Assembly: GCA_002256025.1 (NCBI GenBank)
Contig: NKIB01014396.1
Span: forward strand, 1 to 43,890
Reading direction: 5' to 3'
Source: Asterionella formosa
Lineage: Eukaryota
DNA: 43,890 nt
The first letter of the stretch is position 1. Each line of letters begins with the position of its first letter. The position numbers were made by a program, and so were the translations under genes. Below, piece after piece: positions 1 through 11,912 of this stretch. Below the pieces are notes generated by a model that saw nothing but the letters and a program-made list of their open reading frames with translations, had not been told where the DNA came from and ran no database searches.

Positions 1-182
1 GTTGACAGTACAAAATCACTAAATTGCTATGATGCGAACTACCGGTAGTGTGCATGTTTATATTGGGATGTCGCACACAATCGCGCCGTAATTATAATCC
101 ACCTCAAGAAAAGCGTTAAAGGAAGCTGTATTAATTTGGAGTATAAAACATTATATAATATCGTATATGAATATAACATGTC

Positions 183-403
183 GGCCCAGCTAAACGGGGT
201 AATTTTTTTTTCTTCCGATGTGCCTCACTCAACATTTTCGAAGTCGTTCATATCACCAACTGGAACACAACATCGATCGGGCGTTAAGACATCCTATATG
301 TAGATGCGTGAAACAGATGACTTGTTCATAGTAAATATTGTCGAATTGTGAAAATTGAAAAAGTTTGTAGTACAAAATGTAAGATTACCCCGTTATAGTG
401 GTC
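183..403. mobile_element. Possible ~220 bp MITE (non-autonomous inverted-repeat element)
   Basis: Imperfect inverted ends: GGCCCAGCTAAACGGGGTAAT (183-203) vs ATTACCCCGTTATAGTGGTC (384-403), with a perfect 11 bp core AACGGGGTAAT. Non-coding interior. The right end is followed by TAA and a local duplication of ATAGTGGTCT(T)AAGCAGTT. Confidence 0.35.
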
Positions 404-1256
404 TAAGCAGTTCATAGTGGTCTTAAGCAGTTTTTGACTGGTACCTGGTACTCCAAGTTGCAGTAATTTTGATCAAGTAAAGAAGATTTAGCTTTCTTTA
501 TCCCACATTAGATTGTTTATTTAAGCAAAATGGCGGCATCTGGCTAGGACCGGTACTCCTGCCTCGTCAGCACAGAAAGAAAGAATGAAAACTATTTTTC
601 AGCTATTCATGAACCTCCTTGTCATCACTCGCGCTGCTATTATTTTCTAGACCACACGCCACCACCATCACGCATCCTCTCGCCTCCTGACAACATCCGG
701 GTTTGCCGGACATACTGGACGGGGAAGAAATAGGCAGACGGCGACACGGCCGAGAGACGAGATCTTGCCTTCTTCAAACTAAACAGCACAGCAAGTAGGT
801 ACCTGGTACCAGGTAGCAATGATTTGATTTGATTTTGGTTGATTTTGATGTACATCCATCCATACAAATATATTTATGTATAAATACATCATGGTAGATA
901 TGACCAAAGTGAGTGGTAGAGCAGTACAGTTGGTTGTATAGCGATGATTACTATGTACCACCTTCAAATCAAACTAAAAATCACATGTGGGTATGTACCT
1001 GGTATCAGGTCTAGCGGTAATATAATAGTGTTTTGCAGCCTCGAAAATTGTTCAGAAATGAGCCAAACTGAACAATTCTTGTTACTATATTCCGAGTACG
1101 GTATAGTACATCGAAAAATCAGACTTCACATCATACCGGTATCTAGAATCATAGGTTACGAGTATCACCGTCAATATCCTATTCCTTCGACTCTCTTGAA
1201 CACAATCTCATTGTCCACCCAACAAGCAACAAACAAACACAGAGAGAGCGTTCTGA

Positions 1257-4200
1257 ATGAAGTATTCCTTGACCACAGCAATGATAATCGTAGCATCTAC
1301 GAGTTTGCTATTGTTAGTATCCAAGGCAACGTCCTTTTCCATCCTTCCAAAGTCATTGCATGCTGCTCTATTGAATCTATTACCCAATAAGGCAGCATCT
1401 ATTGATGAAGATGCCACACTTCCTTTCTTTCTTAGAAACAAAAATGAATCAGAGCTTGTTTCGAAGAATTTTGAACCACATGCCCCAAATTTTCTTCCAT
1501 CGACTTCCATTCTACTGACTGACAGTAATACTTTACAGCAAGAAGAACAATATGCTTCAGCATTTCCACCAGAACTTGAACAAGAACATACTCCACCACC
1601 ACATCATCGTCGTGACCCCATTGTAAGCGAAGAAATGATGGAAGAAATGATGCACGCTGCAGATCAACTTAAAGAGACTGTCATGACAGAAGTTGTGGTA
1701 AGATATATATATAAATATTTCTTTACATTTATGCAAGCAATTGAATTGAATCGACCATGTACCATTTTATGTTTCACACACTCACACACCTTCTGAATTC
1801 CTACTACTTTTTCGAAACTTTTTTTATTTTCGCCACTATTTATATTGATAGACACCACTTCTCTTTCAAGAAGACATCGAAAAGGGTGTCGCTGCCGATG
1901 TCATTAAAGGAGCAGTTATTTCTGGAGTATCCTTGGGAATATTGGCATCACAGGGTGCAATTTCTGCCGCCATTGGTTCTGGATTGGGAGCTGCCTACTT
2001 GTGTATCACTCCTGGAAAGATGGGAGATATTGTACGTAACGTGGGGGGATTTTCATGGAATGTATGCCAACAAGTAATGGATGCATTTGACAAGTACGAA
2101 ACATCACAAAAGGTGACGGCAGTGACAGTGGCCATGGCAAAAGGGATTATTGATAATGTGGTTTCATTGAAACATTCTATGGATGATAATAACAACAAGT
2201 GGAATGAGGTGGAATTGAACGTTCAGCAGGTTTTGGAGGCGAGTGATGAGGCCCTGAAGCGTGCAGATCAAAGAGCGAAATCAGAACTAGCTGCCAGGGG
2301 TCTGCTTGCTGCAAGGTTAGAACTGGAAGCGAAATCCAAAGCGCAAAAGTCAAAGGCTAGATCTGAATCAACTGCTAGGAGCTTGCTAGTAGCAAGGCTA
2401 GAACTGGAAGCGAAATCCAAGGCGCAGAAGTCAAAGGCTAGATCTGAATTAACTGCAAGGAGGTTGTTAGTAGCAAGGCTGGAGCTGGAGAAGAAATCCA
2501 AAACTAGGGCAAAGGACGAAGTCAAAGTATTGGGTGAAGCTAGATTGACAGAAAGTCGGGCCAAGACAAAGGCATTTGCCAAACTTGTTGCTGATCAAAA
2601 AATTAGACTCGCAGAAAAGGCTGCGGAATTGCGTGAGGCGCAGGAAGCCGCTGCTACACATGCAAAGGCAACGCTCCTTGCAGAGGAAGCAAAACAGGAC
2701 GCTCGACTTGTTTCTGAACAAGCGCTACTGGTAGAGGAGGAGCGAATTGCGGTTGCTGCCCGTCTCGCTGTTGAAAAAGCAGAAGCGGAAAGGGAAGAGG
2801 CGAGGCTTGCAGCTGAGAAAGCTGAAGAGGAGGCAATCGAAGCGGAGCAAGCAAGACAGTTGGCGGAGGAGGAGCGAATTGCGGTTGCTGCCCGTCTCGC
2901 TGTTGAAAAAGCAGAAGCGGAAAGGGAAGATGCAAGGCTTGCAGCTTTGAAAGCTGAAGAGGAAGCTGGAATTGCGGAAGCAGCTCTCCTGGCTTTGGAA
3001 ATGGAGAAAGATGCGATGTACTTTGATGAAGACGATTGGGAAGCATCCATTCAACTTGCCACCCAGGATATTGAAGGGAAAATTGTCGGGCTCGATAGCG
3101 TCCCAGTCTTGGATAATGAAAAAGACGACTGGAACAAGGCTAGCCAATTTGCCCAGGACCTTGCTGGTGATGCCCAGTCAACAAAAGAAGACTTGGAAGC
3201 TCAGGCCAAGGCAGCCCAAGCCGCAGTGGACTTGTTTGAAGCCGAACGAAAAGCCGCCGCTGCCAAGCACAAAACTGCAGCCGCCAAGCGCAGGAAGCAA
3301 GAGGAGCAATGGATCCAAGACATGGTCTCGGAAAATTCATTTGGTCTTGCTGAGGATTTAGAGACGATTAAAGCTGCCGTTAACGAATTAGATGTGGATA
3401 ACGAGTTTCCCGAGTTGGATATGGCTGCTTTGGGTGCTGCCGCTAGAGCTGCAGTGGAAAAGATGGAGCGCTCCAAGGCCGCTAGAAGCACAGTAGTAGA
3501 AGAAGACGAAGAGGATCTCTACGACGCTTTTGACCCAGAAGAATTAGAAGCTGTGGGTGCTGCCGCCCGAGCAGCCGTCGAGCAGATGGATGTACCACAA
3601 GGCAATGAATTCGACGATGAATTGGAAGCCTTTGACTCTGTTGATCTTGAAGCCCTTGGTAATGCCGCCCGTGCAGCTGTTGAAAAAATGAATGAACAAA
3701 ATGTTTTGGTCGACAAAGACTTTGCCGAGTACGAAGAATTCGACGATGTGGATACAGAAATCGACATGATGCAATCATCTGACGAGGACGACACGCTTGA
3801 CGAATTTGATATCGATGCGCTCGGAGCATCGGCACGACGAGCTGTGGACATGTTCAATGCACGAACTGCCATACCGTCGAAGAACTGGTCCACAATGACA
3901 GTTGCCGATCTTAAGAGCGCACTAGTTGCTCGAGGAATCAAGGCGACTGGCAAGAAGGCCGAGCTTATTGCTTTGTTGGAAAGGGCATCTTTGGTTACAT
4001 CGCCGATTGAAGAAGATTTTGGAGCTTTTGCTGTGGATGACATCGACTTTGATGCAGACGAGCCTTCAGAAGCAGAGCTTATGCAGCTGGAGGAAAATCC
4101 AGTCTCATTTGACGATGATGACGATGATGAAACAGTGGGGCTTACTGCTACAGTCATCAATGTGGATGGTTTGACAATGCCACAACTCAAGGCAGAACTA

Positions 4201-4269
4201 AAAATGCGAGGGCTCGCAACTGGAGGCCGAAAGGCAGATTTGGTGAAGCGACTGAAGGCTAACCTGTGA
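1257..4269 (+). CDS. Two-exon gene (1257-1697, 1852-4269; ~952 aa): presequence, hydrophobic segment, long coiled coil/acidic repeats, two C-terminal SAP DNA-binding domains
   Basis: A phase-0 intron GTAAGA(1698)...TTGATAG(1851) joins ORF 1257 (...MTEVV) in frame to TPLLFQED... of ORF 1933. N-terminal signal peptide ends ATS-F. SAP motifs: WSTMTVADLKSALVARGIKATGKKAELIALLE and VDGLTMPQLKAELKMRGLATGGRKADLVKRLKANL. Confidence 0.85.
2272..2514 (+). repeat. Intragenic tandem repeat, 81 bp (27 aa) x3
   Basis: RAKSELAARGLLAARLELEAKSKAQKS / KARSESTARSLLVARLELEAKSKAQKS / KARSELTARRLLVARLELEKKSK. GAACTGGAAGCGAAATCCAA occurs at 2320 and 2401. Confidence 0.9.
2734..2966 (+). repeat. Intragenic duplication, 132 bp (44 aa) period x2
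   Basis: GAGGAGGAGCGAATTGCGGTTGCTGCCCGTCTCGCTGTTGAAAAAGCAGAAGCGGAAAGGGAAGA is identical at 2734 and 2866. Confidence 0.9.
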
Positions 4270-4492
4270 GAGTAGTAAGAGATAGCCTAGAAAGTAGGTA
4301 ATCATATCAATTGCATGAGAGAGGATCAAATCGGAATGGGAGCAGGAATACAATTAAAATTGTCGCCCTTCTAAGATATACAGTTTTAACACATTCTATC
4401 CAAGCTGTGTACCGGTATATAATGATGATTATGAATGATCCTACCGCCAGCGATAAACAGTTCCATCTACAGATAGTGTCACAGTTATTTAT

Positions 4493-5390
4493 TTATACCC
4501 AACTTTCCGAGCTCACTTCACTGCACGAACTACTGCTCCCCTCTTCCAAGTCAATACTCCGGGTCTGTCTTCGTCGGCAACTGAACGGATTTCGAGCCCC
4601 AAAAAATACATACGAAACTATGGCGAACGACATGCTACAGCCAAATATGGCCGAAATAACGATCCACAATTTCCTATCCAAGCCCATGTACAAAATCCGG
4701 GGAACATATTCTTCGACATTGTTGTTTGCCCGGATTTCAAAGTCTATTGTCTCTTGTTTTTTGTTCGACCTGTAGGTCGCAATCTCATCCGACATATCCA
4801 CTGAAATTCTCCCTTGAATGTTCCCGAAATGCATCGTTTCGTCTTGATCGGGGATCTCAGTAATTTCTACAATAGCATTCCTGTGTTCCAAAGTGATTGA
4901 AACAGAATTTTGCAGTGCTGATCCATTTTCAAGAACGATATTTGACGCTTCTGTCCCCATGGCATAGGATTCTTGTTTGAGCGTCAAATAGTCCACACTG
5001 ACAACTGGATATGGCGATGTAATGCAAATGGAAATGCTTGTCCTCATGATCGTTTCCTCTAGACAGTCGTGGTTGGCATTGCATAGACATGCATTGACAT
5101 GGGGTGTTTTTGATTTCATCGCTGTTGTTGGCATTCTTAAGCGGTCCATGGCCTGAATTTGCAAACGCAAGAATTGCAATTTTTTCTCAGTTCATGATTT
5201 TTCAACCACAGATCAAACAGCAAGCAACCACAGGACACATTGAAACGACTGAAATGTCATTCACAAGAAGGGACGTTAACGTTGCACTGACCTTGGCAAT
5301 AAACAGCATTTTGATGTCGTTGTTGGCTTGGACAACAGGACTCATCGTTCCGAGGGCAGCCAATGCAATGTACGCGATGGTGGGTGCCAT
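4493..5390 (-). CDS. Two-exon gene (5390-5292, 5152-4493; ~252 aa): uncharacterised type-I membrane protein
   Basis: Signal peptide MAPTIAYIALAALGTMSPVVQA. Phase-0 intron GTCAGT(5291)...TTCAG(5153). Cys motif NACLCNANHDC...SICI. C-terminal TM helix LWIVISAIFGCSMSFAIVSYVFF followed by RRRQ and an acidic tail. Confidence 0.7.
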
Positions 5391-7519
5391 GATTGGTTCT
5401 TGGAACGCGACGGAATTAAATAGCGAGAATTATTAGCAATTGATTGAAGGAGACATTGAACGACGAGACTGTGGCTGAGTCCCAACGACAAGTATATACA
5501 GGTAGTCTATCCTTTTGTTCGTGAAGCAAGTCGGTGTGCGTTGTCGTGACAGTGCACTGTGTTACCGCTAATAGTATTATACGAATGGATACAATTACCG
5601 GTACGCACATGTTCCCACCGGTATGTATAACGTTGAGCGAGGACGATTGGAATTTTCTTAGCGAATCGTGCATCATCCTCGCTATAATAATAGCACGACG
5701 GTAAACAGTATCCCAGTAGAACTTCACTATGTAACCCCCGTCGTCTGCTCCTGTACTAACTGTGGTACGAGGTAACCGCACCGGTATTTATAAAAAATAT
5801 GTCATGCATGCTCGCTGGCCTCTTTGGATCCCATACACATTCGGTCGAAAAACCGGCTAACGCCTGTCCGAACTTTTCTACGAAAATGACTTGGAAGTGA
5901 AGTTCAGACTTTGTTCGAAAAACTGGCCTACCGGTACTGTCGTCCGAACATTTTCTACAAAAATGAGCGTAATTTCCTGGTACTGTCGACGTCTGATGAT
6001 GACAAATGTAGTGAAAGGATCATTTCGAGTCATGTCATGTGAGTGACTGCTGCAACTGTGATCCTGCTCCAACTATTATGTTACAGTGATGTGGCTGGTG
6101 TTCAGGACCACTTTATATTATTTTGGAAGTAATAATGATGAGATGAATGAAGTAGCTAGAAGATGAATAGATCAAATTGGATCTAAGAAGGATGCAACCA
6201 AATAACTTTATGACTTGGCTGATCATGAAGCGCAAGCTCCAATAATTCTCCAGATAACAGCCTCTTCTTTTTAAAAATTATTCCGAATCAAATAGTGCAT
6301 ATAATATTTGTTCTAAGTACTAGTCTAAAAGTAGGTGAAACTGACCTCAATTTTTTTATTGTCCCTTTCTCGTAGAATTATGCTCCAATTGGAATGTTTG
6401 CTCCAGTCCCCCTTTTTCCTTGACCTTTCATTAGTCAATAGAAGTTATATGAATAAGGATTTAACACCAGAACAGCAACAATACATCGCCAATTGCTCGT
6501 TTGCAACCTCAAATCGGAGACTGGTGAGACCATGATTGACATGGATGGCCAGCTAATGATCATAAATCCAGGCATGCACAATACTTGAGCTATTTAATTG
6601 GAAGTCTGTATAATGAAATATTTTCTGCCCAGAAATGCATGCTCATTAGCTTATTTAATCACATATTTTTGGGCAGTAATTGCCAATATTACGCACATTT
6701 ATACAGGTCAGCATGCTGGCCAATCGAAATCAATAACCCTAATTGATCCACATGTATACCCGGTAGGTATTTGGCTTTATACTCGCTTAATTACCCTAAT
6801 CTAACTGACACCACACTTGTCGCTTGCATCGTCAACAAACAAAAAATTGATATCATGTCAAATTTTTAAGAGATGTTTTTGTACTGGCTGTGAAGGTCTA
6901 AATGATTTCTATTGACCTCACATCCCTGTGAATGATGGCTACAGGTATTTGAATTGGCTGGTTGGTGCATGGTAGGATGAAAGTACAAATCAGAGTAAAC
7001 ACAGTATGAATCTAGTAGTAGTATGTATATATGTATATACTGGTAGTACCTGGTATGTAAAAATTGATGATGCGTCTTCCTTGCGCGCTCTAGTACTATG
7101 TACTATACATCAAGGCCCCCTTGGATTACCATTAATCCATTTTGTAATTTAAATACGATCCGTATACTACCGATAAATATCTTAGAGCTAATAAAAATAA
7201 ATTTTCCTGATAAAGTTTCTGATAAGACATGTTATGACATAAGACGTTTTATCACCTTTTTCTGTTGGTTCCCTTAGGGCGCCTATTTTTATCATGAATT
7301 TGTGCATAATCCGTGAATGCATCAGTACGGTTTTTGCGATAATTTCATGCATTTTATTGGACGTTGGTTTGTTGCTCCCAGCAGTTCAAAGTTATTCTGT
7401 GATATCGGGGAGCAGCATTAAAGTGCATAATGTATCAAGCGTCATCGTCAATGGACAACTTCAGCCAAGAATTGTTGCGATTTTGGGATATGCCGCCCTT
7501 GACACAATAACAGCTGAAC

Positions 7520-8640
7520 ATGAAAGGGACGAAGAAGCAGAAGAAAGTAAGAAGGAAAAGATCAGAAACTATCGCCACAGAAGGGGTCAACTTTATTGCT
7601 TTTTCTGCGAATAATTCATGCTTAAGTTCCAAATGCTTGATGCTTTCATTTCCTGTGCAAGCAATGTTTCGAATGTCTCGATATTCTTATGAATCATTGA
7701 GAAACCTCATTTGTCTAGGAATTGCTTCAAAACTTTTTAAGCTTTTTTGAAGAACAAGCAACAGGTGGGCATTTACCTTTGATGAAATCATGTGTTTGTT
7801 GCCTCTCATTTTCGGGAACTACTTCTGTATACAGGATACTTGGGAAGTTTATAGCTGCTGTAATTACATCAATATCTGGAGAAACTAAATTCCTAGAGAG
7901 CCTTGCCTAGCTGCAATGTACTTCTCATAAAATGGATTTAGTTGGAACAAATCATCATGAATTCCATGGTTCTTGTATTGGGCTGATGAGGATGCTGATT
8001 ATGCCATTTGAATTTGGCAACCCAGAAAAGGCAAACTTGCATCACCATTATCAGATAGAAACTGAAAGTATTTGCATCTATTGACTTAGTACAGGCCATT
8101 GCTGGTGGTGATCGCCTCTTCCTTTGGATTTCTATGGAGTCGTCTCCTGGCAGCAGTATACATGATTCAAATGCATTTCACATTGGTTGTTCGAACAGTC
8201 AAAGGTGATAAAAGAGGTAGACAATTTTGTTTAGCAGGGGATGAGACAGATGGGTCATATTCAAGATTAGTTTCACCATGGTCTGGTCAGTTCTTATGTC
8301 AAGAGCTCTATTCAATGAGTCATTCAATTATTTTTTTCTGGGGAAAACGAAATATTATTGAACGGCTTTTCGGCAAAGTGTATGCAAGATAGGGAGTGTT
8401 GTGGAGGCCTCCAATGTTTAAGCTTGACTTGATACCTGTTGTCATGTATTGCATTTGCAATCTTCACAATTTTCTAAATGATGCAGATGACATAGCCAAC
8501 ATCCCAATTATTGGTCCTAGAATGGGATATTCCGGAAGTGGAAACAGTCAAACTCGAGTGGAAAGATTGAGAACCGCACAGCATATTGGTGGGTATGGTG
8601 ATATAATCCTCTATCAGTATGAAGTACACACATTTTGAAC
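7520..8640 (+). pseudogene. Harbinger/IS5-type (DDE_Tnp_4-like) transposase pseudogene
   Basis: Motifs across broken frames: MFRMSRYSYESL; VQAIAGGDRLFLWISMESSPGSSIHDSNAF; FCLAGDE...LVSPWSG; RNIIERLFGKVYAR*GVLWRP; CNLHNFL. These match the Harbinger consensus FRM..., VQA..D..F...PGS.HD, GD..Y..L.TP, R..IE.AFG.L..RW.IL, C..LHNF. Confidence 0.8.
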
Positions 8641-8899
8641 AGCATATAAATTTATCCATTCCAGAAGGTATTTTGGAACGCCATTATTGCTGTATTAGTA
8701 CTGAAATCTCTACTGCCCTTGAAGTGTTGTGCCCTCAGCAATCTTTCGGGCGCTTGCAGGTCCAAGCACCAACAAGGCAAATTATGGCAGTATAAACTTA
8801 TTTATAAAATTTTACTTATCTTTAATTACTATCATAATCACTTTCTTTACTATCATCATTCCTGTTGTCATCAATTGATTCAGGAATATCATCAGCAGT

Positions 8900-9994
8900 A
8901 GTAATTCTCAAACATACTTAATTTGAACGCTCCAGTTTCTTATTCATTTCTCATAGTATTAAACAAACCTTGCCGCCTTGCTTCTTTCTTTTGACATTTA
9001 AAGAATCAGTTTTTTTAATATTTAGTGCTCTTGATTTCCTCAGATACAAAGGCTAACTCTTGTTCAAATTCCTTGCTGAGAAAGAACATTTTTGTAAGTT
9101 CATCAATTGCACTTGCTGTCTACATTGGTATCATTGATGGACCCAGCACCTGGAGCCCCATAAATCTCTCCTCGGACAGCAGGTTAGTTGAGTAAAGCAT
9201 CTTTGGTTGCAACAACATAGCATCAATCATAATTTCTATAAGCCAGGTGTTTCTGCACTGCTCCAGACATGGGAGAGCGAAATAGGGTGGATGCCATTCA
9301 CTTTCACCTGATCTTGCATGTATCTGATATGAAACCATGTAACCAACTGTTTTATAATGGAAACTTTCGAACCAGAACTTGATATACTTTTCGTCATGTG
9401 GTTGCCTCGTTAATTTCAAGTATCATGCCATAGAGACTTGACCATCGTTTGTGCTTCATCCTCTTTATCGGATTTCGGCAACTCATAACATCTGCATGCT
9501 GTTTGGTAGAGACCATACTGACATTACAACATTTCAAAAAGCAGGGTCATAGATGTCTGATGGAAGTGTTTCCAGAGAGGCAGGAGGCAGGAATGTACCG
9601 TTTTCTGTACCTGCCTGGCCTGTTGCAGATCACTGTCAAGTGAGGGAAGAAGGAGGAGGTGCGCGCCTTGCAACAGATTCATCAGACTCTGTGTTCGCTG
9701 GGAGGTGCTTGATTATGTGGAAGACTTGAGCTTTGCGATCCAGCCACTAGCCGATGATCCTTTGCTGCCGGGAGACAGAGGAGGAGCAAGTGTTGTTGTT
9801 CCATCTTGTAACCACCATGGAAGGAAGGAAGAGTGGCTGGCTGCTGGAAGTAGCCAGCAACATTGATGACTGTTCACTGATGGTGAGAATATGGTAATAG
9901 TACAAATTATTTTATATAAATATGATATGTGATAATCACCAAACACTCCAGAAAAGGCCAACCAACATGCCAGCCATGAAACAGCAATGATCAT
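8900..9994 (-). pseudogene. Possible remnant of the second (Myb/SANT-like) Harbinger ORF
   Basis: Fragmented minus-strand ORFs inside the TIRs, convergent with the transposase as in typical two-gene Harbingers. SGESEWHPPYF is only weakly reminiscent of the family. Mostly positional inference. Confidence 0.3.
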
Positions 9995-10493
9995 CCGCCC
10001 TCAACCAAAACTATGATTGGCTATGCAAATAGCACATCACGGTTTAACAGCAAAATCAAGATTTTCAAATCTTGATTTGCTCAGTTTAAAATTCGCCTCT
10101 TTTATAGGTTCATTTATCAGAAAAAAGATGCTTGGATACTTTTTGACATCATGACACCGGATTGTTTATCAGAACGTGCTGTGTTTATCAGAAAGATTTT
10201 ATTTTAGCCACCCTAAGATAACATGATGAATCCTCGGAAAAGTGAAAATTTTATCGGTCTAGTGAAAAGACAAAAAAGTACCGGTATCATTGACGGAGTA
10301 CAGTACTACCTAAGTGTTTCGCCCAATTCTTATTACTGCTGGAATGGTACCAGGTACCGCACGCATCTACAGTGCCCCACTGGAATTCAAGATATGGCTG
10401 ACGATGCTTTGTACCGGTAAAAGACAATTGATAAAAGACATGATGTTCAAATCGGTGATTGCATTCCTATCGTCTCTTCTATCGGACCGAACT

Positions 10494-11912
10494 ATGTTGC
10501 CCATCACTCCACCGTCTTCTAAGAAAAGTAAGCGTAAGAGAGAGCAGACATTGTCTCCAGCAGCTCCAGGACGAAAAAGGGAACGAGACGCAACAACAAC
10601 AGAAACAGAAATTGATGGAGAGGAACGACACGAACAGCAGCAACCATCAGCATCATTGATGTTGCCATCGGCACTCCTTGCCAAAGAAACTCCATTTGTC
10701 CATATGCGTCTTGAAATATTAGATACGGATAACATTTGGTCTCCTGGTCATCTTGTAGAAGTAGTAGTCCAGAAGGTGCGAGGGAATCGCCACCAAAAGA
10801 AACTGACCACAACATTCATTGTTACCGTTGCGTTTGATGGGTGGGGCCGACAATGGGAGGAACAGCTGGAATGGGGCCATGAACGATTGGCACCACTGTT
10901 TACTTACACAAAACGCGCCAAATGTATGGTGGAAATGATCTCATTGAAGAGTCGGAAACTATCCAAAAAGGGACGAACCTCGTCATCCTTTTCAGTGTGG
11001 CCATGTATTGTGTCGATTCGAATGCCACATCCTGCCTCACCAGAACAGGGGGAGTTGGGTTTACGGTTGGAACAAAAGATATTTTGTCAACCGTACCATT
11101 CAGAATTACTACCACCTGCCATTCGTGATACCTTGAAAGAAGATAATGGATGCTGGTATCCTTTCGGGCGTTTGCGGAGTTTCAAGGCGGATCCAAATGT
11201 CAATGGAACTTTGTCACAAGGATTTATGGTGGCATTGGAAAAGGCACAGCAGGACACTGATGTGGATGTGCTTTGCAAAAATGCATTTGAAAAGGGCACA
11301 TCACTGTTAAATCCTCACCTGAGAGTGATTCAAATGGATGGAGCAAAGATTAGGGATGGGAGATTGGTCAGCTTGTTGCCCCCGGCCAAACTGCCACTGG
11401 CAAAAATTCAACGAGTCAGATCACCACCACCTGCTATTGTCAAGATCCCAAAGGAAATTTCTCAAGCTCCTCCAATTTACCACCCGCCACCAACGTTGCC
11501 ACAGGGTATTTCAATAAATGAACCTCTCTACCCAGGAGTTACTAAATGTGGGAACGAATGGACTGCCAGTTTGGCTGCCAGTGGCAATTATATGTTCTTG
11601 GGAAACTTTCCGACTCAAACACAAGCCCATCAAGCGCTAATCAAGGCAACGGGAGGATCTGATACTTCTGTCGAGACCGATCTGGACAAGGCCATGTGTA
11701 TGGATTTGGTGTCGATTCCAATGGAAGATATCATTTCAGCTTTTGAGGAACAGTACAATCCATTGACTCATTCTTTTTCTATTCATAAGTGGACCTTGGA
11801 CAAGGTCAGCCATTATTGTTATCTAAGAGAAAAGGAACGATACGAAGGAAGATCGAGTACGCCTAAGAAGCAAACAAAAGCAGAGGCGACCCTCGAAGGT
11901 ATTCTAAAGTAG
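10494..11912 (+). CDS. Nuclear protein with Royal-family (Tudor/MBT/chromo-barrel-like) domain and C-terminal AP2/ERF-like DNA-binding domain
   Basis: Likely ATG at 10494 (alternatives 10440/10443). Basic NLS SKKSKRKRE. MRLEILDTDNIWSPGHLVEV...VAFDGWGRQWEEQLEWGHERLAP is Royal-family-like. YPGVTKCGNEWTASL...MFLGNFPTQTQAHQA matches AP2 Y.GV...W.A.I...LG.F.T..EA..A. Confidence 0.75.
   Translation: MLPITPPSSKKSKRKREQTLSPAAPGRKRERDATTTETEIDGEERHEQQQPSASLMLPSALLAKETPFVHMRLEILDTDNIWSPGHLVEVVVQKVRGNRHQKKLTTTFIVTVAFDGWGRQWEEQLEWGHERLAPLFTYTKRAKCMVEMISLKSRKLSKKGRTSSSFSVWPCIVSIRMPHPASPEQGELGLRLEQKIFCQPYHSELLPPAIRDTLKEDNGCWYPFGRLRSFKADPNVNGTLSQGFMVALEKAQQDTDVDVLCKNAFEKGTSLLNPHLRVIQMDGAKIRDGRLVSLLPPAKLPLAKIQRVRSPPPAIVKIPKEISQAPPIYHPPPTLPQGISINEPLYPGVTKCGNEWTASLAASGNYMFLGNFPTQTQAHQALIKATGGSDTSVETDLDKAMCMDLVSIPMEDIISAFEEQYNPLTHSFSIHKWTLDKVSHYCYLREKERYEGRSSTPKKQTKAEATLEGILK

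Larger units (their letters stand above)
7185..10213. mobile_element. Decayed PIF/Harbinger DNA transposon (~3.0 kb)
   Basis: Imperfect TIRs: (TTA)GAGCTAATAAAAATAAATTTTCCTGATAAA at 7185 vs TTTATCAGAAAGATTTTATTTTAGCCACCC(TAA) ending 10213. Subterminal CTGATAA repeats (7207, 7219; reverse at 10113, 10165, 10184). Internal Harbinger transposase remnant. Confidence 0.7.

Noticed and set aside
2268..4190. Many antisense ORFs (Ser/Ala-rich) over the SAP gene
   Set aside because: Expected mirror of GAA/GCN-rich coiled-coil codons.
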